Shown: positions 49,476 to 61,563 of the stretch, in pieces
Numbering within the stretch: position 1 is the first letter of the stretch
Layout of the letters: each line of letters begins with the position of its first letter
Assembly: GCA_964035575.1 (NCBI GenBank)
Contig: OZ037840.1
Coordinates: 496,001 to 560,000, forward strand
Length of the DNA stretch: 64,000 bases
Source of the DNA: Rhynchopus sp. YZ270_cl-10
Taxonomy: Eukaryota
Reading direction: 5' to 3'
Notes under the pieces: model-generated
The model's input: only the letters and a program-made list of their open reading frames with translations
Told to the model about the DNA's origin: nothing
Databases searched by the model: none
Translations under genes and position numbers: made by a program

Positions 49476-51059
49476 ATGACGCTCTGCAGTACTGACGACA
49501 ACCACACTGACCATGCACCCACGCTGCCCACATCCGACCCCCCCTCCACCCCCACCCCCACGATGTGGGCCGACATCGTGGAAGGCATGCGCTTCAGCGC
49601 GCCGGTCACTTTAGTTGTGATCGGCCAGTTCCTCTCCTCCCCTCTCAACGGCGCCGTCATCGCACGCACGCTGGGTGAGGATGCGTTTACTGGGTATAGC
49701 TTGGCGTCGCTGAGTGGGAATCTGATAGGGCTGTCTTTGGTGATGGGCATGCAGAGTGCCTGCGACACGTTGCTGCCTATTGCGGCAGGGGCGAAACGTT
49801 ATGAGGATATGGGCGACTGGGCAGTGGTCGGGACGGTGTTATCATTACTCCTCATCATCTTCGCGTTGCCTATGTGGATGAATGCAGAGAGCATCCTCCT
49901 CGCCATTGACCAGCCCCCTGAAGCAGCACGCTACGCTGGGGAGTATCTAAGGATTTATCCAGGTCACGTCCTCCTGCTTGGGTTATACGAATCGATACGG
50001 CGTTTCATGTCGTGTCAGAACATTTTATGGCCTTTCGTGGTGTTCACATACCTAGGGCTTGCGGCGCAAGGGGGCTGTCTCTATGTTTTCTTTGGTGGTG
50101 AAAAAATAAATTTTGTGGATGCTGCATGGGCTCAGGTGACAAATCAGGTTGTGTCAGTGGGGTCGTGTCTTCTGTGGGTGTGGTGTGCGCAGCCGCATGA
50201 CAGCCGTTCGTGGCCAGGGTTTCGTTGGAGCGCGTTTAGGTGGGCGCGGGTCAAAACGTATTTGAAGCTTGCGGTGCCTGGGGTGTTCACGCTGTCGGAG
50301 TGGTGGTATTGGGAGGTCGTCTGCTTTTTTACGGGGTGGATTTCAGAGCACGCCCAGGCTGCGCATTCTTGCGCATATTTCGTCGTTCCAATGTATTATT
50401 TGATTGTTTTAGGTGTCGGAATCAGCGCCAACATCAAAATCGGGAAGCTCATTGGCGACGGCGACGTCAAGAGGGCGAGGGCCCTCCGGACCGCTTTCTT
50501 GGTCCTAGCAATGGTTCTTTCCATTTTACTGGTCGCAACACACTTTGCAGTTCAGGACCTCCAAATCACCACCCTTAATGGCACGGAAGGTGAACCACGT
50601 GACCTGGCCTATTCCATATGGTTCTACGTTGGCGCCTTCATCTTCATGGACACACAGTACGCACTGCACTCCAGCATGGCCCGCGCACTTGGCCTTCAAA
50701 TCTACGTTGCTGCCGCTGTCATTGTTTCCCTCTGGATTGTTGCATTACCTATCTCGTACTACATCACATTCTCTCGAGGGATGGGTTTAAAAGGCATCTG
50801 GATAATGTTCCCCATTGGTCATACCCTAATGGTGACAAGCACCATGTGCATCACGTACTTCACAAATTGGGAAACAGTCTCAAAGAAAATGCGCAAAGAA
50901 GAAGCCTGTGGGGAAGAGACATCTGGCGTGGTCGGAGCGCAGGATGGAGAAGGGGACGCTGAGACAGGTGGGGTCGAGCTGCAGGAGGTGATACCGCAGG
51001 GCGATGAGGTTGCCTTGGTGAGCCGTTCCTCAACCCCGCCACCGTTGGAGGGGTGGTGA
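49476..51059 (+). CDS. MATE family multidrug/toxin efflux transporter, copy 1, 527 aa
   Basis: 12-TM pattern; GMQSACDTLLPIAAGAKRY, LKLAVPG..SEWWYWEV, IKIGKLIGDGD..RAR, ARALGLQ and MGLKGIW are eukaryotic MATE motifs. Confidence 0.95.
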   Translation: MTLCSTDDNHTDHAPTLPTSDPPSTPTPTMWADIVEGMRFSAPVTLVVIGQFLSSPLNGAVIARTLGEDAFTGYSLASLSGNLIGLSLVMGMQSACDTLLPIAAGAKRYEDMGDWAVVGTVLSLLLIIFALPMWMNAESILLAIDQPPEAARYAGEYLRIYPGHVLLLGLYESIRRFMSCQNILWPFVVFTYLGLAAQGGCLYVFFGGEKINFVDAAWAQVTNQVVSVGSCLLWVWCAQPHDSRSWPGFRWSAFRWARVKTYLKLAVPGVFTLSEWWYWEVVCFFTGWISEHAQAAHSCAYFVVPMYYLIVLGVGISANIKIGKLIGDGDVKRARALRTAFLVLAMVLSILLVATHFAVQDLQITTLNGTEGEPRDLAYSIWFYVGAFIFMDTQYALHSSMARALGLQIYVAAAVIVSLWIVALPISYYITFSRGMGLKGIWIMFPIGHTLMVTSTMCITYFTNWETVSKKMRKEEACGEETSGVVGAQDGEGDAETGGVELQEVIPQGDEVALVSRSSTPPPLEGW

Positions 51060-51514
51060 GAGGGGTGGGATTGGGAAGGGGGACGGGATACGCAAGAAAT
51101 GACGGATCAGAGGGGGAGGGAGAGAGCGGGGGGGGGGGGAGGGAACAGATATGGATAATATTATATTTTTTTTTTGTTAAATGGTTGTTGCGTCTGTATC
51201 AAGATGCCTCCCTTTTCTTTAGGTGACTAAACACAAGAGGCTTAGGATCATCTTACAAACGTTTCTTTCTTTATGTCACCCCCATGAAGGAGGAAATATA
51301 AAGCATTTTGAATACACTGTGCGGTTCTGGGGACGAACCGCGCTGCAGAGCCACGCCTCACCAAAACAGGTCGAGGTGTCGTGCGTTTCACACAAAAAGT
51401 TTCTATTTACCCCCCTCTTATTTTTTATTTTTTGGTTAATTGATGACGCGCAGACGCCTTGCTTTTCGTTGGACACTTTCACGAGAGGGGTTTGTATTTT
51501 AAGTCATATTTCTT

Positions 51515-52367
51515 GTGTGAACTCCACGCTTTTTCTCTCCACGATTTATGGAAATTTTTGTAGAAGGATCTGGTCCTGCATAGGTAGAAATGGTTTCACT
51601 AGCAGTCCACTCAAGCAACTCCCCTTATTAAGCCATTATTGATGCGGTCAGCAACCCAGTTTACCAAAGGGGTTCTCCCGTGCGGTTTAACCAAGGTTCC
51701 ACCAGGGTTAAAATGACAACCCACCCCCCCCGCGCGGTTCACCCTTTAGCGAAAAACACTGCCACCCACCCTCAATACAGAAACCTGTTTTTTTTTTTTT
51801 TTGTGCCCAGACATTCCCCCTTTGGATACGGAGTGCCTTTTGTTTTAAGGAAATCTACTTATTTTTTTTTAAAACTCCTGCGGTTATCATCCACGGGTTT
51901 CCCGTGGACCGCTGACCGCACCGATTAGTAGATTTACCTTTTCAACACCTTTCTGTTGTTGGCTGCAGGGTACTTTGTGCTTTCATTCGTTGGGCTGGCA
52001 TTGTACAGTGGGTCAGTTGGAGGTGCCTGCAGCAAATAGGCGTGCTCTCTCTCTCATTTTTTGGTTAGTGACACAGCACAAGAGAGTCTTGTAGCTCAAA
52101 AGCCTTTTGATATTTTTTTCTGTTGGTATCCCCTTCTTTTTTTCGCACATCTTTTTCTTGTTTGTCTTGAAAATAATATCTTAATCTTGTTTATCTCATG
52201 CACGACGTACAAGACCTTGTACAAATCCAAATGAATTCCCCCAAAATAACATAAGGGTAAAAAGGAGTCTAGCATCTAACACTGCAAAAGCGTACTCCTT
52301 ATAGTCCCTCTCTTTTAAGGATCCTGTGAAAGAAAAATCCTGGCTTGCTATTCTAGTGATAGTAGTT
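51515..52367. repeat. Downstream part of the MATE segmental duplication (matches about 63163-63977, with indels)
   Basis: Shared blocks, e.g. TTGTAGCTCAAAAGCCTTTTGATA...CAAATCCAAATGAATTCCCCCAAAATAACATAAGGG. Confidence 0.9.
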
Positions 52368-53338
52368 CTATAATCATTTTTTTTAAATATTTGCTACCTC
52401 AGAACATTTTTGTTGATCCCTCACCATATACTATCAATTTATTGATTGCATATGATGAAAATACTAATATTTGCTACCCCTAAGGTTAGTTTCTATTTTG
52501 AAGATCCTGCATCCTTCTTTTTTTTTTTATTGATGTAAATCACGAAATGGATGGTTGGGGGTTCACGGTGCGTCGGTCATTTGTAACCAAGGTACACTGT
52601 TCACGAGAGGGATTTTTGTATTTCAAGTCAATCTATTTTAGATGTGCATGTACGTGAGGCATATTCACCTTTTCAACTTTTCTTTTTTTAAAGACTAAGC
52701 CCAGTGTTTTTTCTAGGATTCGAGGTTTTTGGCTGACGGGGGTGCACAGGGCAAAAAAAAGTGCATATTTTTCCCCCCGCGGTTGAAACAAAAGAAACGG
52801 CGGTCACGCCACCCAAAGGTTCCTGGCGAAGCCACGGTACGCAACATTTCTAAAAAATGTTGACATAAAATGGCACCGTTGTTGGTAATTAACATCAATT
52901 TCCGTAAACTGTTACAGTTCCTTCCATATTTCGCTGAAACGAAAGTTTCTGGCGAAGCCACGGTACGCAACGTTTCAAAAAATTGCGCTTAAAATTGCAC
53001 ATTTTTACTGCCAAACAGAGAAGAGCTACACTTACAGCACCCGGACGCAAAACAGTTATGTTTGCAGCTACGGAAACGCCGACTCCCCTTACTTCCTGGT
53101 GAGGCTCACGAGAGCATGATGGGCAAGGTGAAGGGGGGGGGCAGAGTGGTAGGAGGGTGGGTCCCCCACCCCCAACCACCCTGCCCCCCTCCGCCCCCAG
53201 GGGGCCGCAGGGGGTGCACTAGGGGGTGCGCGCACCCCCTTGAAATTTTAAAAAAGTCTGACGGGGTGCGCGCGCACCCCCGCACCCCCTCTAGAAAAAA
53301 CACTGACTAAGCACGAGAGGCTTAGGTTCATCTTATAA

Positions 53339-53387
<49 letters not shown>

Positions 53388-53850
53388 CGTCATACCTTTG
53401 TTGACAGCGCAGGGAAACCAACCCTAACCCAACTATCGAGGTTTTAGATGAAGAAGAGTTCAGCCTCACAATAAAAAAATTCTTCCACTCATCATTTCTT
53501 TTTTTTTTTTGTTGAACTTATTTCTGATTTTTCTTTCTTTCTTGGACCTAGCTTCTAAGAAAAACAACAGCGCAACAAGGGTGATGGTTTAATGTGTACC
53601 CACACGGAACCATATTTCATCTTTTTTTAAAATTTTTTTTGATGATATTGTTGGGAGAATGGTTGGGTATGGATGTCCCGTTGCCGCGCAACGCAAACAG
53701 AAAGATAAGTATCCTGGCCTACGACTGCTAAGGGGTGGACATTGAGCACAGAACAACCCTCTCTCTTCGGTGATTGTCGAGTCAACACAATTGTTTCGAA
53801 ACACAGACACCAAGAATGTGCTTCGCTATACATTTCCCCCCCTTTTTTTT

Positions 53851-53931
53851 TTCAGTGCCTGCTTTTTCAGTGCCTGCTTTTTCAGTGCCTGCTTTTTCAG
53901 TGCCTGCTTTTTCAGTGCCTGCTTTTTCAGT
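53851..53931 (+). repeat. (TTCAGTGCCTGCTTT)5 tandem repeat at the 5' end of a dispersed hairpin repeat
   Basis: Five 15-bp units run directly into TTCAGTCCGCCGATGAACGGTGAGGCG. Confidence 0.9.
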
Positions 53932-56900
53932 CCGCCGATGAACGGTGAGGCGTTTGTACTTTCAACTTCTCTTTTTCCCTTTGTTGATCGCAGGATAGGT
54001 GTGCTAAAATCAGGTGAGAAAATTTTTTTCTGCCCAAACCAGCAAAACCAGCAAAACCAGCTCTTTTTTTTTTTTTGGACCCCCTTCAGAGCTTCTCCCC
54101 TGCCTTTTTTCATCTTCCAAAAGAAAAAAAAAAAAAGCAAGGGTGCATTTTTCGCACCCTCTTTACCTTCTTTTCGTTTAGAAAAGAAAGTATATGAAAT
54201 AATCTTGCAAGCTTTTGTGTTTTTTTTTTCTTTATGCACACTACTTTGCGGAAAGGGTCAACGTCGTTCACTCACCCCGCAACACCACCCAACAAGGAGA
54301 GTGATAGTGTGTGGAAGCGTCAACGCATCAAAACTACAACAAGAGGGGGGGGTGAGGGAACGACAAGGTGACACTTTGTGCTTTCATCCGGGGGGGCTGG
54401 CACCCTCCCCGACACCAGGTGCTTCTTGCATCCGTAACTATTCCTTTTATTCGCCTCCACTGATTTCTTTTCGCGCCACAAGTTTCCGACTCTTGGGCTG
54501 CAGTCAGTGGGGAAAAAAGGCACTCTTTTTTTCTATTTTCATTGCGAGAGACGCCCGACTGACAGAGACACTCTGGGTTCTTACACAGGACTGGGAACCT
54601 GGCCTCCATCCCACGATACGTAGTTAGAACTGCACCAAGCTCTTAACCTGGACAGTTTTCAGGGCAATCTACTCTTTTTTTTTTTTGTTTTTCTTAGCAC
54701 AATCCGAAGAATGTTTTTGCAACATTGCTTTTTTGAGGTGGCTAAGTTCACTGCACAGACTCTTGGCCAACCTTTCCTGTCGACTGCAAAAGCGTACTCC
54801 TTCTATTTGCTCTCTTTTAAGGATCCTGTGAAGAAAAACAAAAATCCTTGCTATTGTAGTCTGAAGTCAAACAATATGTGTAAGATTGTCACAAATTCTA
54901 CTCTTGAGGGTGATCTCTTCTTGGTCTGCGCAAATACAGGTTTCAACCAGGGGACATTAGTATGCCGGTGTGCCGGTGTGGCCACACCGGCTAAGCCGGT
55001 GTGGGATTTTGAGAAAAAAAAAAAAAAAAAGAAAAAGCATAGGGTGAAAACGATCGTTTTTTTTTTTTTTTTTTTTTTTACGAATCTGGGAAAAAGTGAT
55101 CGGTCTTTTTTTTTTTTTTTTTTTTTCACGATCGTGAAGGAAAAAAAAAACGATCGTTTTTTTTTTCCCATATTATGTCGTTGATCGCTGGCCCACACCA
55201 GGGAGGGAGCCCCCACAGGTGCCCACAACCCCCCTGAAATCGGCCGAGAGTAACTTTTAGCGGTGTTTTGACGTAAAATGTCACCTTTTTTGCCATTTTT
55301 GGGGTGTACTTTTCTGGAACAAAATTCGCAAAACCCGAAATACGAATCGTAAAAAATCGCGACATTCTATGACATGCGTATACCATGAAGCAGCACGTCA
55401 CGGCATGGCATGTAACATGCACATGTAATATCGCCAAAAACCTAGTCGTAGTAACATCATCACTGTGCAAACCCCTGTCCATCCAATACAATTCACACTC
55501 TTTGTGGGTGGTCTTGCTGCCTTTTTGCCACAGTAATTTTTGGCCCGGCAGGCATGCTCTTGAAGCATGGCAATTTAGTGTGTATGGGGCAGGGTGTTGT
55601 TTTGTTCTGAATTCCCTTTGTTACAATATCTATCCAATCGCGAGTGGTTGTATGTGTATCGTGAGACACTCTTTTTAACCCTTTACGGACCAAGAGGACA
55701 TTTATGCCCATTGTGGCGGGGGATGCGGCGTTCAACACCAGGCCAAGTTGGCCAAAAGCCCCAACTTTTGTACTGTCCAACCTCTGTACAATTACGGTAT
55801 ATTTCGTTGGCTGGTGGTCTGAAGAGTGATCTGACCATATTCTCCAGGTATAACAAATGCCCAAATAATGCATTGGCGAAGGAATTTTGCACTTTTGACC
55901 ATCACACATTACTTGTATTTTTACCGGTTTTTTAATGAGTACAACCTATGTCAGAGCACGCTGTCCCACAGATTTTAGAATTTGGGGGGGTCACGCAACA
56001 GGGATTACGCAGCTCCCCATACTTATCGCTAAATATGCCGTTTTCCCCGAAAAATTTTAGAATTCCACGCCCAATTTCTTTCTTTTTGGCAAAAAAAGGT
56101 CCTCAGAAGCTCAATTCCGGAAACAAATACGGGGGGAGCGACGTTTTCCAACTCCTCCGCCATCAGCAGGAACACCTCCGTTTTCTCTTGAATCTGTGAC
56201 GCTTGTTGCTGAGAAACAGGGCAACAGCGCGTTCAAGCATATTCCCCATATTTTCAGTGTTAAACTCGTGGCGAAGCCACGGTACGCAACATTTCTAAAA
56301 AATGCGCTTACAATTGCACCTTTTTTTACAGCCAAACTATGTCATGGAAAGGATGTAATGCAAGCTTGCGCCGCAGGCGCATGGTACGCTACTTTTTTCT
56401 TTGCCCTTATCCTTCTTTCTCACTCCTCATTGCTTCCCAAAGGTTCTGGCGAAGCCACGGTACGCAACATTTCTTTAAAATGTTGACATAAAATGGCACT
56501 TTTGTTGGTAACTATCGTCCAGTTCCGTAAATTTTACTTCCATATTTTGCTAAAACGAAAGTTTCTAGCGAAGCCACGGTACGCAACATTTCTAAAAATT
56601 GCGCTTAAAATTGCCTACTATGTCGCGGGAAGGGTGGGTTGAAAGCTCGCGCCGCAGTGCATCTTCCTTTTCCGGTAAAATGGAAGAAAATTGTCTTCTA
56701 AAAATAGATCTGTGGGGGGTAGGTGAGAGGTGGGCGGAGCCCCCACTCCTCACCTAACCCCACCCCAGCCTCAATCCAAAACCCTGTATTTTTTTTTTGG
56801 TATTTTTTGAGCTGAGATTTTCAAAAAATACCAAAAATACCAGGGTCAACCGCTGTGATGCTCATTGTTTAGAACACAGGGCTATTTCTAAATATGGGGT

Positions 56901-57289
56901 CCGGAGTCCAAAATCCAATCCGGGACACAATTTTGGCAGATTTATTTTGGGCCAAAAACGTCTTCATTTACATTTTTGGGATTCGCCCGTGCAGTGGTGG
57001 GGTCAATCTCGAAAATTGGATTTTTTGACCACTTAAATTTTGGGAAATATGAGCCCGGTCACTTATACGTGGGCCCATTTTCGGCTAAAATTTTCCTCAA
57101 AATCCGGGTTTGTAAAATTGACCCTTCTGTGAAGGAAGGTTGTGGAAAAGGGTCCTTATTTGCATTTTTGGAAGCCGCCCGTGCAGTGGTGGGGTCAATT
57201 TGCAGAATTGGGCAAGTTCTTGCAAGACAACGGGTAATGTTTGTTAGATCTAAGGAGGGAAGGGGAGCGTTTGTAGCTCACACAGCACC

Positions 57290-57480
57290 CCAAACCCTGG
57301 CCTCTCTGTCCACAGCACACAGCTCTTCCCCTGAGTTCCATTTGTGACTCAACATGCTGAGCGCATCTTCAGTACGATGGGTGGATGAGCGAGAAGAGGC
57401 GCAACTGGCTAGTTGCACCAAAGCTGCACAAGCTTGTGGTCGTAGCACGCAGTTTGCGCGAGAGCAAGCCGCCACAAGAG
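57290..57480 (+). pseudogene. Remnant of a hAT transposase C-terminal dimerisation domain
   Basis: QLFP*VPFVTQHAERIFSTMG / WMSEKRRNWLVAPKLHKLVVV (one stop, one frameshift) matches the PxTS..ERxFS..G....RxRL pattern. Confidence 0.6.
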
Positions 57481-58658
57481 AATGGTTGCAGGAGGAGAAG
57501 GAGCGTGCGGGAGCTATATTGACTGCGACGCGACAGCTGAGGACCCCAAGGTTGATGATGATGCTGAGCATCACGACTCTGACATCAGTGAAGGCTCTTG
57601 GGACTAAACGCATACAGTCTTGTCCGTACCCATTTCTCCCACACAAGTCACCACCCCCTTGTGACTTGCCTGTAACAGTGGAAACGTTTCCCTCCCAGCC
57701 GCAAACCCGTTCAGTGTATCGTGAGCCACTGCAGTGACCCACTCACGCTCGACCCTGTCCCTCCTTGTAAACAGTTCGCCTTCTCCTACGTTGTGCTAAG
57801 GAAAACCAAAAAACATGCTCAAAAATGATGGGCACGGGGGTCAGACTCCACTTCTGACCACCTAAAATTAGGTCATACACGTGTTATACCCCAAACTGAC
57901 CAAGAAATTTTCCCAGTGTTCGATGGTGATCGAATTAAATCGGTGGTAAAAAGTGAAAAATGGGGCATGCCAGGCCCACGTCAATCAGCCTAAAAATGTT
58001 GCAACTTTAAACGCGCGTCTCTCCCGTACACCAATATACACTTTTTAACACATACAGTACAGCAAGGGAAAACCAAGGGATTTTACCCTGTGTTCTCCTT
58101 GTTACGGCTGCACTAACCTAATCATCAAAACTGCTCGATTTTGGCTTTATCTAAAAGATCGACATCAATTCTTACGAAATATAATTTATTTTACGATTTT
58201 GAGTAGAATTCTGTTTGCAGGGCGAAGTCACGAGGCAGGGGGTGATTTTGGGGGTGAGCGCCAAAAAAAGTCCTTTTCCTAGGGTTGACCCACCTCCCTC
58301 CAGCATCCAACGATATGACATTTTCACGAAAGTTGTCGATTCTTGCCTTATTCTTGTCACACAGAAAAAAAATGTTTTTACGAAAATGAGTAGAACCCCA
58401 TTACCCCTACCAACGTGTGGCATTCGTGCGCCACTATAGTGGCACTTGCTATGGGTAAAAACGGTTTTCTGGTTTTAGTGCCTCGCTGGCGACATCCGTT
58501 GGGGGGGATTCTGGTGTGAGAATGTTCTCGATTTTTGCTTTATTTGAAAGATTCGCCACAAAATCGTTTCAAGGAAAAGAGTCGGTCAAAAAGTCCAAGT
58601 AGAACCCAGAAACTCTCCCTTGCCACCCATTTCACGCCCATGCCCCTTGTACTACTAG

Positions 58659-59395
58659 CAGGGCGTTCGCCCCGGGGCGAAAAATATTTTTTTTCGTTAA
58701 AAAAAATTTTTCCTGAAAAAATGACATTTTATTTCGCCCCAGGGCTTCGCCCCACCGGGGCGAAACCCTGTATAAATAAATAAATAAATAAAAAAAAAAA
58801 GGGGAGAAAAAAAAATAAAGAGAGAGAGATTTCTCCCCACCACCCTGTCGACCCCCCCGGAGGGGGGGTCGCAGAGGGGTGTCCACTGTTCCGCAAACCC
58901 GCCTGCCGTGAGAGGAAGTTTCCCCAGCACTCCCGCTCCTCAATCCTGCAGTCTGCTGAAGCCCCTGTTATAGAAGGTGTCACTACTCGTGTCAACTCTA
59001 CCTTCAACGGCAGAGAGACGTTTTAGTTTATTGAAAATAATCAAAATAAGGATGAAGTCTCACATGACAGATGCCTCTCTCTTGTACATCTGTTTGATTA
59101 AACAACACAAAGAGACCCTCAGTGAGGGGGGATTGATGAAATTCTCCATCGTTTTGCTGGTTTTAGTATCAGGAAAGTGCAGCTGTAATAGCACTTGTGC
59201 TGGGGAAGGGATCACGCGCAAATCGCAAATTTTTTTTGACCACTCAGTACCAGGGATTCACCCCCCACGAACTAGCTTCTCTCCGGCGGAAAATTTTTTT
59301 GACCTATTTTAAGCACTAGTAAAAAAGCAAAAATTTCGGGTTTTTTGGCATTTCGCCACGATCAGGAAAAAACGATGGCGATAGCGAACGCCCTG
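58659..59395. mobile_element. hAT-type MITE, 8-bp TSD ACTACTAG; innermost nested element
   Basis: ACTACTAG|CAGGGCGTTCGC ... GCGAACGCCCTG|ACTACTAG. Confidence 0.88.
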
Positions 59396-61563
59396 ACTAC
59401 TAGAGGAAAAAAAAAAACGATCGTGAAAAAAAAAAACGATCGTGAAAAAAAAAAAAAAAATGTCAAGATCTTGAAAAAAAGTTCAAGATCTTGAAAAAAA
59501 CCGTCACGATCGTTCTCACACTATGAAAAAGGCAGATTTTTGAATTTTTTTCTGAATTTTATCTCCTCATACAAGGCTACAACCACATCTGTAGCGGTTT
59601 CTTATGTGCATGTGACCCCACCACAAAGACCAATCGGTCCGTTCAATCAAAAGAAATAGATGTTTGCAACTCTCATAAAAAAGTAGCGTACCGTGCGCCT
59701 GCGGCGCAGCTAAAAATGACGAGCGGTAGCCCACAGCTCTACCCTAGGCCATAGTCACAGCTACCTTTACCATAGTTTGGCTATAAAAGCGTGCGATTTT
59801 ATGTCACAATTTTTGAAATGTTGCGTACCGTGGCTTCGCCAGAAAAGTTTTGATGCCATATGGTTAGACAAGGGCGCGGAGGGGAAAGAGTTGTGGAGGT
59901 CTCTGCCAAAAATGCGTGGGGAAAAAAAAATTGCCTCACACCGGCTTTTTTGGCTCACACCGGCTTTTTTTTCAAAATCTCAAACTACCAATGTCCCCTG
60001 GTTTCAACAAAAAGAAAAAAAGAAAAAAATGGAGTACGCAGCATACCTCAAGCAATTGTAGGTACAATACAGACAAAAGGTTTTTTCTTTTCTGTCAACA
60101 TAAAAGATGTCTAAGTGGATACCTTGAGGTCATCTCATAAACGTTTCAGTGCTCTGCGCCCCCCGATGAACGGTGAGGCGCTTTTTTTTGTTTTGTTTTT
60201 GGCAACCTTCAACTCTTCTTCTTTTGATGTGTGTGCAATGCGGCACCAATCACTAAGCCTCCCCCTCTTTTTTAACGTGGCAGCATCGTCACCACGATCT
60301 CAAATAAAATGCGTTTTCCCCCTCTTTTGAACATGAATTGGTGTGGCTGAAAGGGGGGTGCTATTGTTGTGCTATTTTCTGCTATTCTGGGCATCTGGAT
60401 TTTTTGGTGCGGCTGAAGGGAGGCGCTATTTTGTGCTACTTTGGGGTCGTCGGCCACACCATGAATTTTTTTTTCAATAATTCCTACGTTCTATGCTTGG
60501 CCAATCCTTGCTTTCCCGATATCATTTCAAGCCTGAGACCCTGCTTAAGCCTCCCCAGTCATTGGATGCGTGTGTGGCATATTATGGGTACGTCCTAACT
60601 TCTCTTAATTGCTTCGTATGCCCACCCACTCCAGGTCGCTATCTTCATGCACACAAATCACAGATAAAATTACAAGGCATAGAAAAATGAACAAAAGGAA
60701 AAAGATGGCTCAAAGGAACCTCGCCTTCGGGTGGGATTAGACTTCCTGTTAGCCTCATGGAGGAAAATGATGGATGTGACCTTTGTGTTGGAAGAGTCAG
60801 GCGTGTCTGCGACAGTGGAGGTGATGTGGACGTTGCAGTCGGCAAAGGAGGGTGTGTGCACGGCGCTTGCGGTCTCGCCTGCGTCTGTCGTGATGCGCAT
60901 CGGCACGCAGGTGCTGGAGGGGACGTGCCGTCTGCACACTGCGTTCGAATCAGGTGTGCAGGTCGTGGGTGGGTGATCTCTTCCACAGCAGAGTCAACAC
61001 GCGGTGTCGATGTGGCATGTGTGGATGTGGGGTGTGTGGCTGTTTCGCAAACTGCCTGAGAGTACAGAACCCAAGCTTGTGATGGGTGATGGTTTGCGCT
61101 AATGGTTTGGGCGGGTTTTGTCATTGGTGCGTTGAAGTATGGTGTGTGGGTATCGAGGGAGGGAAGTGTGGGTGGGTGGGCGGGATGGGTGGGAATGTTC
61201 AAGCGAGCCAGTCAAGACCTTCCAGTAGTACAAAATGCGTTGAGGGGAGTGGTGTGGAGAGGCGTGGGGGGAACGTGCTTGTCTGAAGGGTGTGAGTGTG
61301 GGTGTGTGTGTGGGTGGGTTGGGAGGGATGCTGCGTGCGTGTCGACAGGAGACGAAGAGAAACCACTGTGGTGGCTGGACAGCACGGCAGCCTGCCCTTT
61401 GCAGCCCAGGGGAAGTGTGCAGGCAGCGAGGGTTTGTGTCTTGGGCGGCATGTTTGGCGCAGTCTTCTGGAGCCTGCAGGGCAACCCACCCTACACACTG
61501 CACGACATGCCGAACTGATTTCAATCCACATCCCCACACCCCCACAGGCAACAGAGCTACACC

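Larger units (their letters stand above)
55038..59525. mobile_element. 4.5-kb CATAG-terminal TIR element, 6-bp TSD AAAAAG
   Basis: AAAAAG|CATAGGGTGAAAACGATCG ... CGATCGTTCTCACACTATG|AAAAAG, with multiple ACGATCGT subterminal repeats at both ends. Confidence 0.8.
54948..60000. mobile_element. hAT-type element, 8-bp TSD GTTTCAAC; outer shell of a nested stack
   Basis: GTTTCAAC|CAGGGGACATTAGTA ... TACCAATGTCCCCTG|GTTTCAAC, with CACACCGGC subterminal repeats. Confidence 0.88.

Noticed and set aside
53770..54627. 285-aa ORF
   Set aside because: Composed of tandem and dispersed repeats and homopolymer runs; non-coding composition.
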